A DNA stretch of 64,000 bases from Actinomycetota bacterium (GCA_018268415.1 JAFDWO010000136.1:494-64493), one strand, 5' to 3'; shown: positions 7,917 through 16,908, numbered from the stretch's first letter. The notes: a model not told the origin generated them from the sequence alone. A program made the numbers and translations.

Positions 7917-8578
7917 TGCACTCCGCTCGTCGCAAAGGAGGCGCGCCGACCTCGTCAAAGAGGTCCCGGCAGATGCATTCGACCGACGACGAGATCCGCG
8001 AGAAGTACCTCGAGAGGGCGATCCGCGAGCTCAACCAGATGAGCCGCGAAATCCTCGACTGCCCCTATTGCCCGCGCGGGAAGCTGATGCCGGTGCTCGG
8101 CTCCGGGCACCCGCAGGCGGACGTGATGATGATCAAGCACTCGCCGCTCTCCTCCGAGATCGAGGAGGGGGTCGCGTTCTACGGGCGCTCGGGCAACGCG
8201 CTGATGAAATCGTTCAAACGACTGGGGATCGACCCGATCGTCGTCTACGGGACGCTCTGTGTGAAGTGCCCGGTGGCGGAGCCCGACCTCGCCCCGCAGG
8301 AGTGCGTCGCCCGCCTGGTCGAGGAGATCGCGATCGTCCAGCCGAAGATCGTCGTGGTCATGGGCGAACCCAGCCTGCGTGTCCTCAACGGCCTCCAGGT
8401 GCCCCTGTCGCGGCCGATCGAGCAGCGTGAGGGGGAGATCCAGGCCTTCACCCCCACCATCGACGCCCTCTACGTCCCCGACATCGACGAAAGCCTCGAC
8501 GAAGAGGGCGCCAAGCAGCGCTTCTGGCGAGCCTTCCGCATGCTCGGCAAGTGGTACGAGGACCTTCCGCCGTACTAG
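7916..8578 (+). CDS. uracil-DNA glycosylase superfamily protein (family 4/5-like)
   Basis: 220 aa. GSGHPQADVMMIKHSP ... FYGRSGNAL ... CVKCP resembles the GEGP..VM.VGE.PG / PF.G..G pattern. Its ATG overlaps the upstream TGA by 1 nt. An alternative start is Met at 7976. Confidence 0.7.
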   Translation: MHSARRKGGAPTSSKRSRQMHSTDDEIREKYLERAIRELNQMSREILDCPYCPRGKLMPVLGSGHPQADVMMIKHSPLSSEIEEGVAFYGRSGNALMKSFKRLGIDPIVVYGTLCVKCPVAEPDLAPQECVARLVEEIAIVQPKIVVVMGEPSLRVLNGLQVPLSRPIEQREGEIQAFTPTIDALYVPDIDESLDEEGAKQRFWRAFRMLGKWYEDLPPY

Positions 8579-8634
8579 GGCGCCGGACTGGCGGGCGGCG
8601 GGCGTCTTCCGCCACGCTCTCTCAACGCCCCGAT

Positions 8635-8683
8635 GTTGATGGGCCGAAAACTCAAGCATGGCTTGAGTTTTCGGCCCATCAAC
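8635..8683. repeat. REP-like palindromic element, copy 2 (perfect 22-bp arms GTTGATGGGCCGAAAACTCAAG / CTTGAGTTTTCGGCCCATCAAC, 5-nt loop)
   Basis: Lies between convergent genes. The stop codon of the minus-strand methyltransferase ORF falls inside the right arm. Confidence 0.9.
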
Positions 8684-10067
8684 CTGGAGGTGTTGGGGAA
8701 GTGTGGCGTTCCAGCAGGGCCACGCACTCGATGTGGGGGGTCTGGGGGAACATGTCGACGGGGCGGACGCGGCGGAGCTTGTAGCCGGCCTCCTCGAGCT
8801 GGGAGGCGTTCGGGGCCAGGGTGGTCGGGTTGCAGGAGACGTAGACGATCTTCTGCGCCTCGCACTCGATCAGGCGGCGGACGATTTTCTGGGAGAGCCC
8901 GGCGCGGGGCGGGTCGACGACGACCACGTCCGGTTTGCCCGCCTCCTCGATCAGGGGGCGCACGCCGGTGCGGGCGTTGGCGGCGACGAACCTGGCGTTC
9001 TCGATCTTGTTGCGGCGGGCGTTGCGCTCGGCGTCGGCGATCGCCTCGGGGACGATCTCGAGGCCCCAGACCTCGCCCGCCGCCCCGGCCATCGAGAGGC
9101 CGATCGTGCCGATGCCGCAGAAGAGATCGAAGACGCGCTCCCGTCCCGTCAGCCCGGCGAACTCGGTCGCCACCGCGTAGAGGCGCTCGGCCATCTCGGT
9201 GTTGGTCTGGAAGAAGGCGCCGTGGGACATCTCGAAGTCGAGACCGCAGAGCTTCTCGTGCAGGCGCTCTTCGCCGAGCGCGCCGGTCGGGCCGTCGGTG
9301 CCGCCCGAGTCACCCTCGATCGTCGTGTGGAGGTCGACCGGTGGCCGCGGCAGCCGTGACGCGGTGGTGACCAGGCGGGTCTGGATCTGGCCGGTCCGCC
9401 GCCCCTCGCGGACGACGAGGTTGCGCAGCACGCCGCGCCGCGCCCGCGCGTCGTAGGCGGGGACGTCCTCCAGCCGGGCCCATTCGCGCACCCCGTTGCG
9501 CGCCGCGTTCCCCGCTTCGGAGGCGAGCTTGCAGTCGTCGACGTCGACGATCAGATCCCAGCGGCCGCGCGCGTGGAAGCCGAGCGCGACGCCCTCGTCG
9601 GCGGTGCCGACGGCACCCTCGCCGAAGGAGTACTCGAGCTTGTTGCGATACCGCCACTCTTCGACGGCGGGGACGATCGGCTCCATCTCGAAGCCGTCGA
9701 GGCCGCCGATCCGTCGCAGCGAATCCTCCACCTGGGCCTGCTTCTCGGCCAGCTGGCGCTCGTAGGGAAGGCCCTGCCACGGGGCGCCGGGGCAGGGCTC
9801 GCCGCCGTGGATGCAGCGGTCAGGGGTCCGGTCGGCGCCGGGACGAAGGAGGTCGATCGTGCGCGCCTCGGCGAAGCGCTTCTTGCCTTTCGTCACCTCG
9901 GCGAGGACGCGGTCACCCGGCAGCCCGCCCGCGACGAAGAGGACGAAGCCGTCCGCGCGGGCGACCCCGCGGCCGCCGAAGGCGAGCGAGTCGATCTCCA
10001 CCTCGAGCCGCTCGCCTCGGCGCGGCGCCTTCCGCGGCGCCGCCTCGGTTCCGGTCCCGGCCTCCAC
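8679..10067 (-). CDS. TRAM-domain class I SAM-dependent RNA (uracil-5) methyltransferase, RlmD/RumA family
   Basis: 462 aa with a GTG start. N-terminal TRAM-like region (LEVEIDSLAFGGRGVAR), then DLFCGIGTIGL, DPPRAGL and YVSCNPTTLA motifs. Confidence 0.8.
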   Translation of the reverse strand: MEAGTGTEAAPRKAPRRGERLEVEIDSLAFGGRGVARADGFVLFVAGGLPGDRVLAEVTKGKKRFAEARTIDLLRPGADRTPDRCIHGGEPCPGAPWQGLPYERQLAEKQAQVEDSLRRIGGLDGFEMEPIVPAVEEWRYRNKLEYSFGEGAVGTADEGVALGFHARGRWDLIVDVDDCKLASEAGNAARNGVREWARLEDVPAYDARARRGVLRNLVVREGRRTGQIQTRLVTTASRLPRPPVDLHTTIEGDSGGTDGPTGALGEERLHEKLCGLDFEMSHGAFFQTNTEMAERLYAVATEFAGLTGRERVFDLFCGIGTIGLSMAGAAGEVWGLEIVPEAIADAERNARRNKIENARFVAANARTGVRPLIEEAGKPDVVVVDPPRAGLSQKIVRRLIECEAQKIVYVSCNPTTLAPNASQLEEAGYKLRRVRPVDMFPQTPHIECVALLERHTSPTPPG

Positions 10068-10528
10068 TAAGGGAGTTTCCTGCGCGCCTGGCGGACCAGC
10101 TTTTCCAGCTCCGTGAGCAGCGCGTCGGTCTGTTTGCGGCCGCGTTTGAGCAGCTCGCCGATCATCTTCTCGGCGTCCCCGTGGGTCATCCGGCCGCGTT
10201 TGACGGCGTCGTCGACGACCTCCTGGATGCGCTCACGACTCAGCGTGACGCTGTGCTCGAGTGAGTCGCGCAACTGGGCGAAGCTTTTGTCGAGGCTCAC
10301 CGATTTCGATTTCGACGACCCGGCTTTTTTGGCTTTCGCCGCCGTCGTTTTTTTCGCGGCCTGTTTTTTGCCCGCGTTCGGTTTCGCTTTTTTGCCCGCG
10401 GCTTTTTTCGTTTTGCTCGCCGCCGCTTTTTTCGGTTTCGCTTTCGCTTTTTTCGGTTTCGCTTTCGCTTTTTTCGGTTTCGCTTTGCCGGCGTCCGCTT
10501 TGCCGGTGTCTTTGTTGTCGGCCATCAC
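10067..10528 (-). CDS. Lys/Ala-rich histone-H1-like repeat protein with a phasin-like (COG3937-like) C-terminal coiled coil
   Basis: 153 aa. N-terminal half is KKAKAKP repeats. C-terminal 75 aa (RERIQEVVDDAVKRGRMTHGDAEKMIGELLKRG) look like a PHA-regulator/phasin-type helix. Its stop overlaps the GTG start of the downstream methyltransferase by 1 nt. Confidence 0.55.
   Translation of the reverse strand: MMADNKDTGKADAGKAKPKKAKAKPKKAKAKPKKAAASKTKKAAGKKAKPNAGKKQAAKKTTAAKAKKAGSSKSKSVSLDKSFAQLRDSLEHSVTLSRERIQEVVDDAVKRGRMTHGDAEKMIGELLKRGRKQTDALLTELEKLVRQARRKLP
10425..10487. repeat. 3 x 21-bp perfect tandem repeat inside the Lys/Ala-rich gene (encodes KAKAKPK x3)
   Basis: GCTTTTTTCGGTTTCGCTTTC is repeated head to tail. 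Confidence 0.9.
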
Positions 10529-10584
10529 GCGCCCCCTTTGTCACCGATTTCGAGTCTGGGACCTGTACCCACGCCCCGAATATC

Positions 10585-11427
10585 TCAATTCGCGAGCGCG
10601 GGTGGGTCCCCTCTGGTGAAGACCGCCTCGATCGGGGCGTGGTCGGAGAGGCGGAGGGCCTTGCCGTCGAGCGAGAGCTCGCGCCGCTCGGGCGGCCACG
10701 GAACCGGCGCCGTGTCAACCTCGAGGCCGCGCACGAGCACGTGGTCGATCTTCTTTGGCCCGGTCGTCGGCGAGGCGAGGCCGAAGTCCGCGGCCAGGCG
10801 CTCGAAGACCTCCGGGTCCTCGGCCGGGCGCAGGTTGAGGTCTCCGCCGAAGACGAGCGGCGCGTCGCCGGCCCAGTCGCTCGCCGCCCGGGCGCCGCGC
10901 AGCACGTCGGCGCTCGCCAGCTTCGGCCGGTCGTTGGTCGCGTGCAGGTTGGCGACGCAGAGGCCCGAGGCCGTCCGCGTGAAGGCCATCGCCCGTCGCT
11001 CCGGCTCGCCCGCGTGGATCTCCAGCTCGCGCCGCTCGGCGATCCCGCCGAGCTTCCCCGGCACCCGCACCAACGTCGTGTTCGAGCCGCCCTCGCCGCT
11101 CGCCATCAGGTCCGGGTTCTGCCGTGCCAGCAGCGCCCGCCAGAAGCCGAGCTCGTTGCGGGAGGTGAGGACGCGGTGGTACTCGGCAGCGCTCGCCCGC
11201 GCCAGCGGCCCGGCGAAGCGCGGCGGGCACTCCTGCAGCATCGCCACGTCCCAGGCGGCGCTCGAGAGCAGCGTCGCGAACTCCGGGGTGAGATCGCGGT
11301 TGACCTGGATGTGGGTCTCGTTGGACTCGTCCAGGCGCAGGAAACGTGAGCGCCAGGTGCGTAGCTCGGGGTCCGGCGGGAAGTCGCGGCCGTGGAAGAG
11401 GTTCCAGGAGAGGACGGTGATCTTCAT
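10585..11427 (-). CDS. endonuclease/exonuclease/phosphatase (EEP) family protein
   Basis: Internal start MKITVLSWNLFHG at 11427 of the 683-aa ORF 10585..12636; upstream of this the ORF is antisense to argF. 280 aa. C-terminal GGDLN and LSDHAPI motifs. Confidence 0.7.
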   Translation of the reverse strand: MKITVLSWNLFHGRDFPPDPELRTWRSRFLRLDESNETHIQVNRDLTPEFATLLSSAAWDVAMLQECPPRFAGPLARASAAEYHRVLTSRNELGFWRALLARQNPDLMASGEGGSNTTLVRVPGKLGGIAERRELEIHAGEPERRAMAFTRTASGLCVANLHATNDRPKLASADVLRGARAASDWAGDAPLVFGGDLNLRPAEDPEVFERLAADFGLASPTTGPKKIDHVLVRGLEVDTAPVPWPPERRELSLDGKALRLSDHAPIEAVFTRGDPPALAN

Positions 11428-11448
11428 GTCGTCCGTAGTATCGGCGCC

Positions 11449-12342
11449 TTGAAGCGAGACTTCCTCACCGGTGAAGAGCTGAGCGCCTTCGAGCTGGAGC
11501 GCCTGCTCGATCGCGCCGCCGACCTCAAAGCGGGTCGTGATCCGGCGCGGAAGGGCGGTCGCCTCGGTGCCGACTCGCTCGCCGGGCGCAGCGTCGCGCT
11601 CGTCTTCGAGCGCCCCTCGACCCGCACGCGCATCTCCTTCGACGTCGGCGCCTCCGAGCTCGGCGCCCATCCGGTGGTGCTGCGCGGGGACGAAATGCAG
11701 CTCTCCCGCGGCGAGTCGATCGGCGACACCGCGCGCGTCCTTTCCCGCATGGTCGACGGAGTGGTGATCCGCTCCGGGTCCCACGAACGGGTGGTCGAGC
11801 TGGCCAAGGCCGCCGACGTCCCGGTCGTCAACGCCCTGACCCCGTTGCACCACCCCTGCCAGGCGATCGCCGACCTGCTGACGCTGCGGGAGCGCTTCGG
11901 TGATCTCGCCGGACTGCGCCTCGCCTACGTCGGCGATGGCAACAACGTGGCGCGGTCGCTGGCCGTGCTGGGGGAGCTTGCCGGGGTCGAAGTGGTCGTC
12001 GCGGCGCCCGCTGATTACCAGCTCGAGGAGGCCCACGGGGTGAAGCTGACCGGCGATCCGCGCGCCGCCGCGGCCGACGCCGACGCCCTCTACGCCGACG
12101 TCTGGGTGAGCATGGGCGACGAAGACGAGGAGCGGCGGCGGCGTGATCTCGCCCCGTTCCGGCTCGACGCCGACCTGCTCGACGCGGCGAAGGACTCGGC
12201 GGTCGTTCTGCACTGCCTTCCGGCCCACCCGGGCGACGAGATCACCGCCGACGTCCTCTACGGCCCGCAGTCGGCCGTCTTCGACCAGGCCGAGAATCGC
12301 CTGCACGCGCAGAAGGCCCTGCTCGAGCTGCTGCTCGGCTGA
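11449..12342 (+). CDS. argF: ornithine carbamoyltransferase
   Basis: STRTRISFDVG, HPCQAIADLLT and LHCLPAHPGDEI motifs. A TTG at 11449 gives the usual N-terminus (KRDFLTGEEL) and avoids overlap with the EEP gene. The ORF-track start 11392 is the alternative. Confidence 0.85.
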   Translation: MKRDFLTGEELSAFELERLLDRAADLKAGRDPARKGGRLGADSLAGRSVALVFERPSTRTRISFDVGASELGAHPVVLRGDEMQLSRGESIGDTARVLSRMVDGVVIRSGSHERVVELAKAADVPVVNALTPLHHPCQAIADLLTLRERFGDLAGLRLAYVGDGNNVARSLAVLGELAGVEVVVAAPADYQLEEAHGVKLTGDPRAAAADADALYADVWVSMGDEDEERRRRDLAPFRLDADLLDAAKDSAVVLHCLPAHPGDEITADVLYGPQSAVFDQAENRLHAQKALLELLLG

Positions 12343-12540
12343 CCCGCGGGGCGCGCGGGGCCGAGCCGGCGCTCGGGGACCGCGGCCCGGCCGAGCTGTC
12401 GCCCGGGCCCGAGGGGACGCTGCCGCCTCGAGCTGTGCCCGAGGAAGGGGACGTGGCCCTCTCGCCGCGACCCCGGCAGGTTGTGGCCGTGCCGAGAGGG
12501 CCGGGGTATGAACGGCGTGGAGGATTCGTGACCGAACTCG

Positions 12541-12580
12541 CCCCGTCACGAAGACGCCGGGAACGTCACTCCTCCTCCCC
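12541..12580. repeat. copy of the repeat-unit 3' end (CCCCGTCACGAAGACGCCGGGAACGTCACTCCTCCTCCCC)
   Basis: Matches 1582..1621 and 1767..1806. It is embedded in a 600-bp non-coding region that shares further motifs with 1078..2456, such as CCTCGAGCTG and CCCTCCCGTCCCGGG. Confidence 0.75.
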
Positions 12581-12590
12581 GATCCCTCCA

Positions 12591-12659
12591 CGCTCAGGAA
12601 TGTCCGTGGAATATTGCCGTTGCTGGGGAACGGCAATATTCCACGGAGGTTCCTGAGCG
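12591..12659. repeat. long hairpin: perfect 18-bp core CCGTGGAATATTGCCGTT / AACGGCAATATTCCACGG extended by CGCTCAGGAA / TTCCTGAGCG
   Basis: Read directly from the sequence; 7-nt loop. Confidence 0.85.
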
Positions 12660-12941
12660 TTGATCCGGGCCCGGGAAGCGACCGGGCGCCGGTTCCTCCA
12701 GACGATCACGGAGGCACGACTTCGTGATCGTCCCCGTGTCGTCTTCCCCACGCACCCCTCCCGTCCCGGGTACGCACCTCGGGGGCCGCCCCGCCACGCA
12801 TCCGACGTCGATGGCGCGTCAACATCCCCGGCGCGCCTGATCGCTATCGTGTCCGACCCGCTGCCCAAGCGGAATTCTCGCTACCATGGGCGGCATACGC
12901 AAGAGTTTTGGAGCGGTCAACCAAGAGAGGATAGGCGGGGA

Positions 12942-13787
12942 ATGTCGCCTGTAGAAACTGAGAAGCAGGAGGGTCCTTTGGCGCGCACCGTGAGCGCGTT
13001 GGTCGACGATGCGGCGGAGCGTCTTGCCGCGGTGGGGATCGATACCCCGCGCGAGGACGCGGAAGCGATCGTTGCCGACGCCCTGGGCGTCAAACCCTCG
13101 GAGCTCTCGGTCGACAGCGCCGACGACGTCTCCGCGGAGGCTGCCGCCGCGATCGAGGCGATGGTCCGCAAGCGGGTCGAACGCGAACCGCTGGCCTACG
13201 TCCTCGGCCGCGCCCCGTTTCGCGATCTCGAGATCGCCGTCGACTCGCGCGTGCTGTGGCCGCGCAAGGAGACCGAGCTGCTGGTCGAGGTGGGGACGAA
13301 GCTGCCGCAGGGTGCCCGCGTCCACGAGGTCGGCACCGGCTCCGGGGCGATCGCCCTGGCGCTGATGTCGGAGCGTCCCGACCTGAAGATCACCGCCTCG
13401 GACCTCTCGCCGGAGGCGGTCGAAGCGGCGCGCGAGAACGCCGAGCGCCTCGGCCTCGACTTCGACGTGCGGGTCGCCAAGGGCCTGCCGGACGACCTCG
13501 GCGAGGTCGACATGGTGATCGCCAACCTCCCGTACATCAGCGACGAGACGATCGACCAGCGCTCGCCGGAGATCCACGCCGAGCCGCTGATCGCGATCAC
13601 CGCCGATTGTGGGCCCGACGGGCTCGGGGTGATCCGTGGGTTGATCGCGGAAACGCCTTCGGGCACGCTGATGGCAATGGAGCACGACACCCACCACGGC
13701 CCGGCGATGCAGGAACTGCTGAACGAGGCGGAAACCCTGCGCGACTACGAGGGCAACGAGCGCGTCAGCGTCGGCAAGGCGCCGTGA
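12942..13787 (+). CDS. prmC: release-factor glutamine N5-methyltransferase PrmC/HemK
   Basis: ATG at 12942 of ORF 12660..13787; the upstream part is repeat DNA. VHEVGTGSGAIAL (SAM motif I) and NLPYI (NPPY-type) motifs. Confidence 0.8.
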   Translation: MSPVETEKQEGPLARTVSALVDDAAERLAAVGIDTPREDAEAIVADALGVKPSELSVDSADDVSAEAAAAIEAMVRKRVEREPLAYVLGRAPFRDLEIAVDSRVLWPRKETELLVEVGTKLPQGARVHEVGTGSGAIALALMSERPDLKITASDLSPEAVEAARENAERLGLDFDVRVAKGLPDDLGEVDMVIANLPYISDETIDQRSPEIHAEPLIAITADCGPDGLGVIRGLIAETPSGTLMAMEHDTHHGPAMQELLNEAETLRDYEGNERVSVGKAP

Positions 13788-15352
13788 CCGACGAGCCGTC
13801 GGGGCAGGACGCGGCGGCTGAGGTGGGGGCCGCCGCCGAGAGCAAGGCGCCCGCGAAGGGCGATCGCTCGGCCGACACGTCGGGCGCGAGCGAGGCAAAT
13901 CGCCGGGCGAAGGTGGAGCGGCTGCGCGGGGAAGGGATCAATCCCTACCCGCACAGCTTCCTGCCGCGTGATCACGCGGCCGACATCGTCGCCGCGCACG
14001 ATCCGGCGACGCTGGAGGAGGGCGAGCACCCGGAGTTCGGCTACCGGGTGATGGGCCGGGTGACCGGCAAGCGCGGGCACGGCAAAGTCGTCTTCTTCGA
14101 CATCCGTGACGTCAGCGGGACGATCCAGGCCTACGCGCGGCGCGACAAGCTCGGCGAGGAGGCCTTCGAGCGGATCGAAGAGCTCGATCTCGCCGACATC
14201 GTCGGGGTCGAGGGCGTCCTCTACGTGACCAAGCGGGGGGAGCTCGCGGTCAGCGTCGACACCTGCACCCTGTTGGCGCCGGCGCTGAAAGACCCGCCCG
14301 ACCTTTTTCACGGGATCAAAGACCCGGAGGTGCGCTATCGCCAGCGCGAGCTCGACCTGATCGCCAACGAATCGTCACGGGAGATCTTCAAGAAGCGCTC
14401 CGAGCTGACCTTCGCGATCCGCGAGTACATGCACGAGCGGGGCTGGGTCGAGCTGGAAACGCCGATCCTGCAGCGGCTCACCGGTGGTGCGGCGGCGCGG
14501 CCGTTCGTCACCCACCACAACGCGCTCGACCGTGATCTCTTCCTGCGCACGGCGACCGAGCTCTACCTGAAGCGGGCGATCGTCGGCGGCTTCGAGGACG
14601 TCTACGAGTTCGGCAAGTTCTTCCGCAACGAGGGGATGTCCCCGAACCACAATCCCGAGTTCACGATGCTCGAGATGTTCGTCGGCGGTGCCGACTGGAT
14701 CGGCGTCATGGAGTTCCAGGAGAACCTCGTCGCGGCCGTGGTCGAGAAGGTGATGGGGACGACGGTGGTCGAGCACGACGGGGTGGAGATCGACTTCAAG
14801 GCGCCCTGGCCGCGGGTGGTCCTGCGCGACGAGCTGCTGAAGGACACCGGCGTCGACATCTACAAGGCAAGCCGCGACGAGCTGGCGGAGCTGGCCGGGG
14901 ATGATGCCGAGGAGACCGACGACTGGGCCGGCCTCGTCGACACCCTGCAGGGCAAGCTGGTCGAGCCGAAGCTGATCCAGCCGACCTTCATCACCGTGCT
15001 GCCGATCGACATCTGGCCGCTGGTCAAGCACCACCCCGACGACCCGAAGGTCTGCGAGGCGTTCGACGGCATCGTCGCCGGGCTCGAGATCCTCGGCGGC
15101 GGCACCGACATCAACGACCCGATCGAACAGCGCGAGCGCTTCATCGGCCAGCGCGAACGTCAGGAGACCGGGGCCGAGGAGGATCCGCACCCGACCGATC
15201 TCGAGTTTGTGCGGGCGCTGGAATACGGGATGCCGCCGGCGAGCGGCTGTGGCCTCGGCATCGACCGCCTGCTGATGCTGATGACCGGGTCAAAGACCCT
15301 GCGCGACGTGATCATCTACCCGGCGATGAGGGAGCTCCCAGGCGAGCAGTGA
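13784..15352 (+). CDS. lysS: lysine--tRNA ligase, class II
   Basis: GTG at 13784 overlaps the prmC stop (GTGA). OB-fold N-domain, then class II motifs (FRNEGMSPNHNPEFTMLE, GLGIDRLLMLM). Confidence 0.9.
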   Translation: MTDEPSGQDAAAEVGAAAESKAPAKGDRSADTSGASEANRRAKVERLRGEGINPYPHSFLPRDHAADIVAAHDPATLEEGEHPEFGYRVMGRVTGKRGHGKVVFFDIRDVSGTIQAYARRDKLGEEAFERIEELDLADIVGVEGVLYVTKRGELAVSVDTCTLLAPALKDPPDLFHGIKDPEVRYRQRELDLIANESSREIFKKRSELTFAIREYMHERGWVELETPILQRLTGGAAARPFVTHHNALDRDLFLRTATELYLKRAIVGGFEDVYEFGKFFRNEGMSPNHNPEFTMLEMFVGGADWIGVMEFQENLVAAVVEKVMGTTVVEHDGVEIDFKAPWPRVVLRDELLKDTGVDIYKASRDELAELAGDDAEETDDWAGLVDTLQGKLVEPKLIQPTFITVLPIDIWPLVKHHPDDPKVCEAFDGIVAGLEILGGGTDINDPIEQRERFIGQRERQETGAEEDPHPTDLEFVRALEYGMPPASGCGLGIDRLLMLMTGSKTLRDVIIYPAMRELPGEQ

Positions 15353-15359
15353 CCTCGGT

Positions 15360-15408
15360 GTTGACGGGCCGAAAACTCAAGATGGACTTGAGTTTTCGGC
15401 CCGTCAAC
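15360..15408. repeat. REP-like palindromic element, copy 3 (perfect 22-bp arms GTTGACGGGCCGAAAACTCAAG / CTTGAGTTTTCGGCCCGTCAAC, 5-nt loop)
   Basis: Lies between the convergent lysS and SDR genes. Followed by CTGG, as in copy 2 (copy 1 has CGG). Confidence 0.9.
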
Positions 15409-15416
15409 CTGGTGCC

Positions 15417-16169
15417 TCAGACGGATCGCAGGAGGCCGCCGTCGATCGGGATCGCCGTGCCGGTGATGTAGGCGGCGCGGTCGGAGGCGAGGAAGGCGAC
15501 GAGGTCGCCGAACTCGGCGGGGAGGCCGAGGCGCTTGGCCGGAACCGTCGCGCGCGCGCTCCGCTCCGCGTTCTCCATCGAGCCCTCGTTCGCGGCCAGC
15601 CGGTCGGTGGCGAATTTGCCGGTGACGACGGTGTTGACGGTGATCCCGTCGGCGGCGACCTCGCCCGCGAGCGTCTTCAGGAACCCGACCGCCGCCGAGC
15701 GGACCGAGTTGGAGATGGCGAGGGTCGGGATCGGCTCGACGGTCGAGTTGGAGCCGACGTTGACGATCCGCCCCCAGCGGCGCTCCCGCATCCCCGGCAG
15801 GACGCCTGCGGTCAGCACCCGCACCCCGAGGACGAGCGAGCGGTAGGCCTCCTCCCACTCCGCGAGCGAGTTGTCGAACGGGCCGCCCATCGGTGGGCCG
15901 CCGCTGTTGACGACGAGGATGTCGACCGGCCCGAGCGCCGCCTCGACCTCGCCGGGAAGCTCCGCGAGCCGGTCGAGGTCACCGGCGTCGGCGACGAACG
16001 CGGTCACGTCACCGCCGAGCTCCGCGACCGTCGCGTCGAGCCGCTCGCGGCTCCGGGAGGCGACCGCCACCCGCGCCCCCTCGCGGGCCAGTGCCGCGGC
16101 GATCCCGCGCCCGATCCCCTTGCTCGCGCCCATCACCAAGGCGACGCGGTCGTCGATCCCGAGGTCCAT
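15417..16169 (-). CDS. SDR-family oxidoreductase (FabG-like)
   Basis: Start MDLGIDDRVALVMGASKGIGRGIA at 16169 (TGxxxGIG motif). 250 aa. Confidence 0.8.
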   Translation of the reverse strand: MDLGIDDRVALVMGASKGIGRGIAAALAREGARVAVASRSRERLDATVAELGGDVTAFVADAGDLDRLAELPGEVEAALGPVDILVVNSGGPPMGGPFDNSLAEWEEAYRSLVLGVRVLTAGVLPGMRERRWGRIVNVGSNSTVEPIPTLAISNSVRSAAVGFLKTLAGEVAADGITVNTVVTGKFATDRLAANEGSMENAERSARATVPAKRLGLPAEFGDLVAFLASDRAAYITGTAIPIDGGLLRSV

Positions 16170-16179
16170 GCGGTCGAGC

Positions 16180-16908
16180 CTACGGGGCGAGGCGTTCGAG
16201 CACCTCGCCGTCGGCGGAGACGGCGAGGACCGTAGGGACGACCGCGATCCCGTACTTGCGCGCAAGGTCGGGGCGCTCGCGCACGTCGAGCTTGACCAGC
16301 GTGCCGTCGGCCGCGAGCCGCCGCTCCCACTCCTGGCACTCCGAGCAGAGCGGGTGGGTGAACTCGACGAAGAGCCGGTCGGGCGCGTCGGCGGGAAGGT
16401 CGGCGGCGTCGATGCGGTCGTGGTGGCGGGGCGAGATGCCGCGCAGGCGGGCGGAGAGCTTGTAGATCTCGCAGCCGGTGCAGAAGTTGGTGACGGCGGC
16501 GAGCAGCGCGAGCGCCGCGACCAGTCCGCCGAGCACGGTGCCGACGGTCGGCGCCCCGAGCCACCAGGCGAGCGCCGCGGCGCCGAGGAAGGCGGCGCCC
16601 ATCATGTTGGCGAGGCGCGGCGGGCGCGAGTCCTCGAGCTCGCCCTCGCCGAGGCGCGGCTGGATCAGCTCGTAGTAGGCGAGGCAGGTGAGGCAGAAGC
16701 GCCGGCCGAACGTCAGCCCGAGGAACAGCTGGAGCCCCATCAGCGCCCACAGCACGGGCCAGCCGAGCACCGCCCCCGCGAGCGCCACGATCCCGACCAC
16801 CGCCTGATTGAAGCGCGGCGCGCGGGCATCGATGACGTCGGTGTCCCGCCAGGGGTCGGCGGTGCGCGGTCGGTGGGCGCTCGTGGCTGGGGATGCGGTG
16901 GCCATCAC
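16180..16908 (-). CDS. DUF4395-like membrane domain fused to a thioredoxin/glutaredoxin-like domain
   Basis: 242 aa. N-terminal about 150 aa are hydrophobic with FCLTC and FCTGCEIY cysteine pairs. The C-terminal about 80 aa carry FTHPLCSECQ (CxxC) plus a VVPTV beta-strand typical of the Trx fold. Confidence 0.6.
   Translation of the reverse strand: MMATASPATSAHRPRTADPWRDTDVIDARAPRFNQAVVGIVALAGAVLGWPVLWALMGLQLFLGLTFGRRFCLTCLAYYELIQPRLGEGELEDSRPPRLANMMGAAFLGAAALAWWLGAPTVGTVLGGLVAALALLAAVTNFCTGCEIYKLSARLRGISPRHHDRIDAADLPADAPDRLFVEFTHPLCSECQEWERRLAADGTLVKLDVRERPDLARKYGIAVVPTVLAVSADGEVLERLAP

Noticed and set aside
8679-8700. The REP hairpin overlapping the 3' end of the RlmD-like ORF as evidence of gene disruption
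   Set aside because: The conserved methyltransferase C-terminus (MFPQTPHIECVALLER) is complete upstream of the element, and only a short non-conserved tail and the stop come from it.
10585-12636. 683-aa minus-strand ORF, and likewise the 645-aa ORF 18703..20640, taken at face value
   Set aside because: Only the C-terminal 280 aa (EEP) and 253 aa (cyclase) look like proteins. The N-terminal extensions run antisense through argF and the GntR gene respectively, and internal Met starts give normal-length family members.
12660-12941. N-terminal 94-aa extension of PrmC (ORF start 12660)
   Set aside because: The extension is encoded by the dispersed repeat and hairpin DNA. Conserved PrmC sequence begins after the Met at 12942, which has a purine-rich RBS-like stretch upstream.
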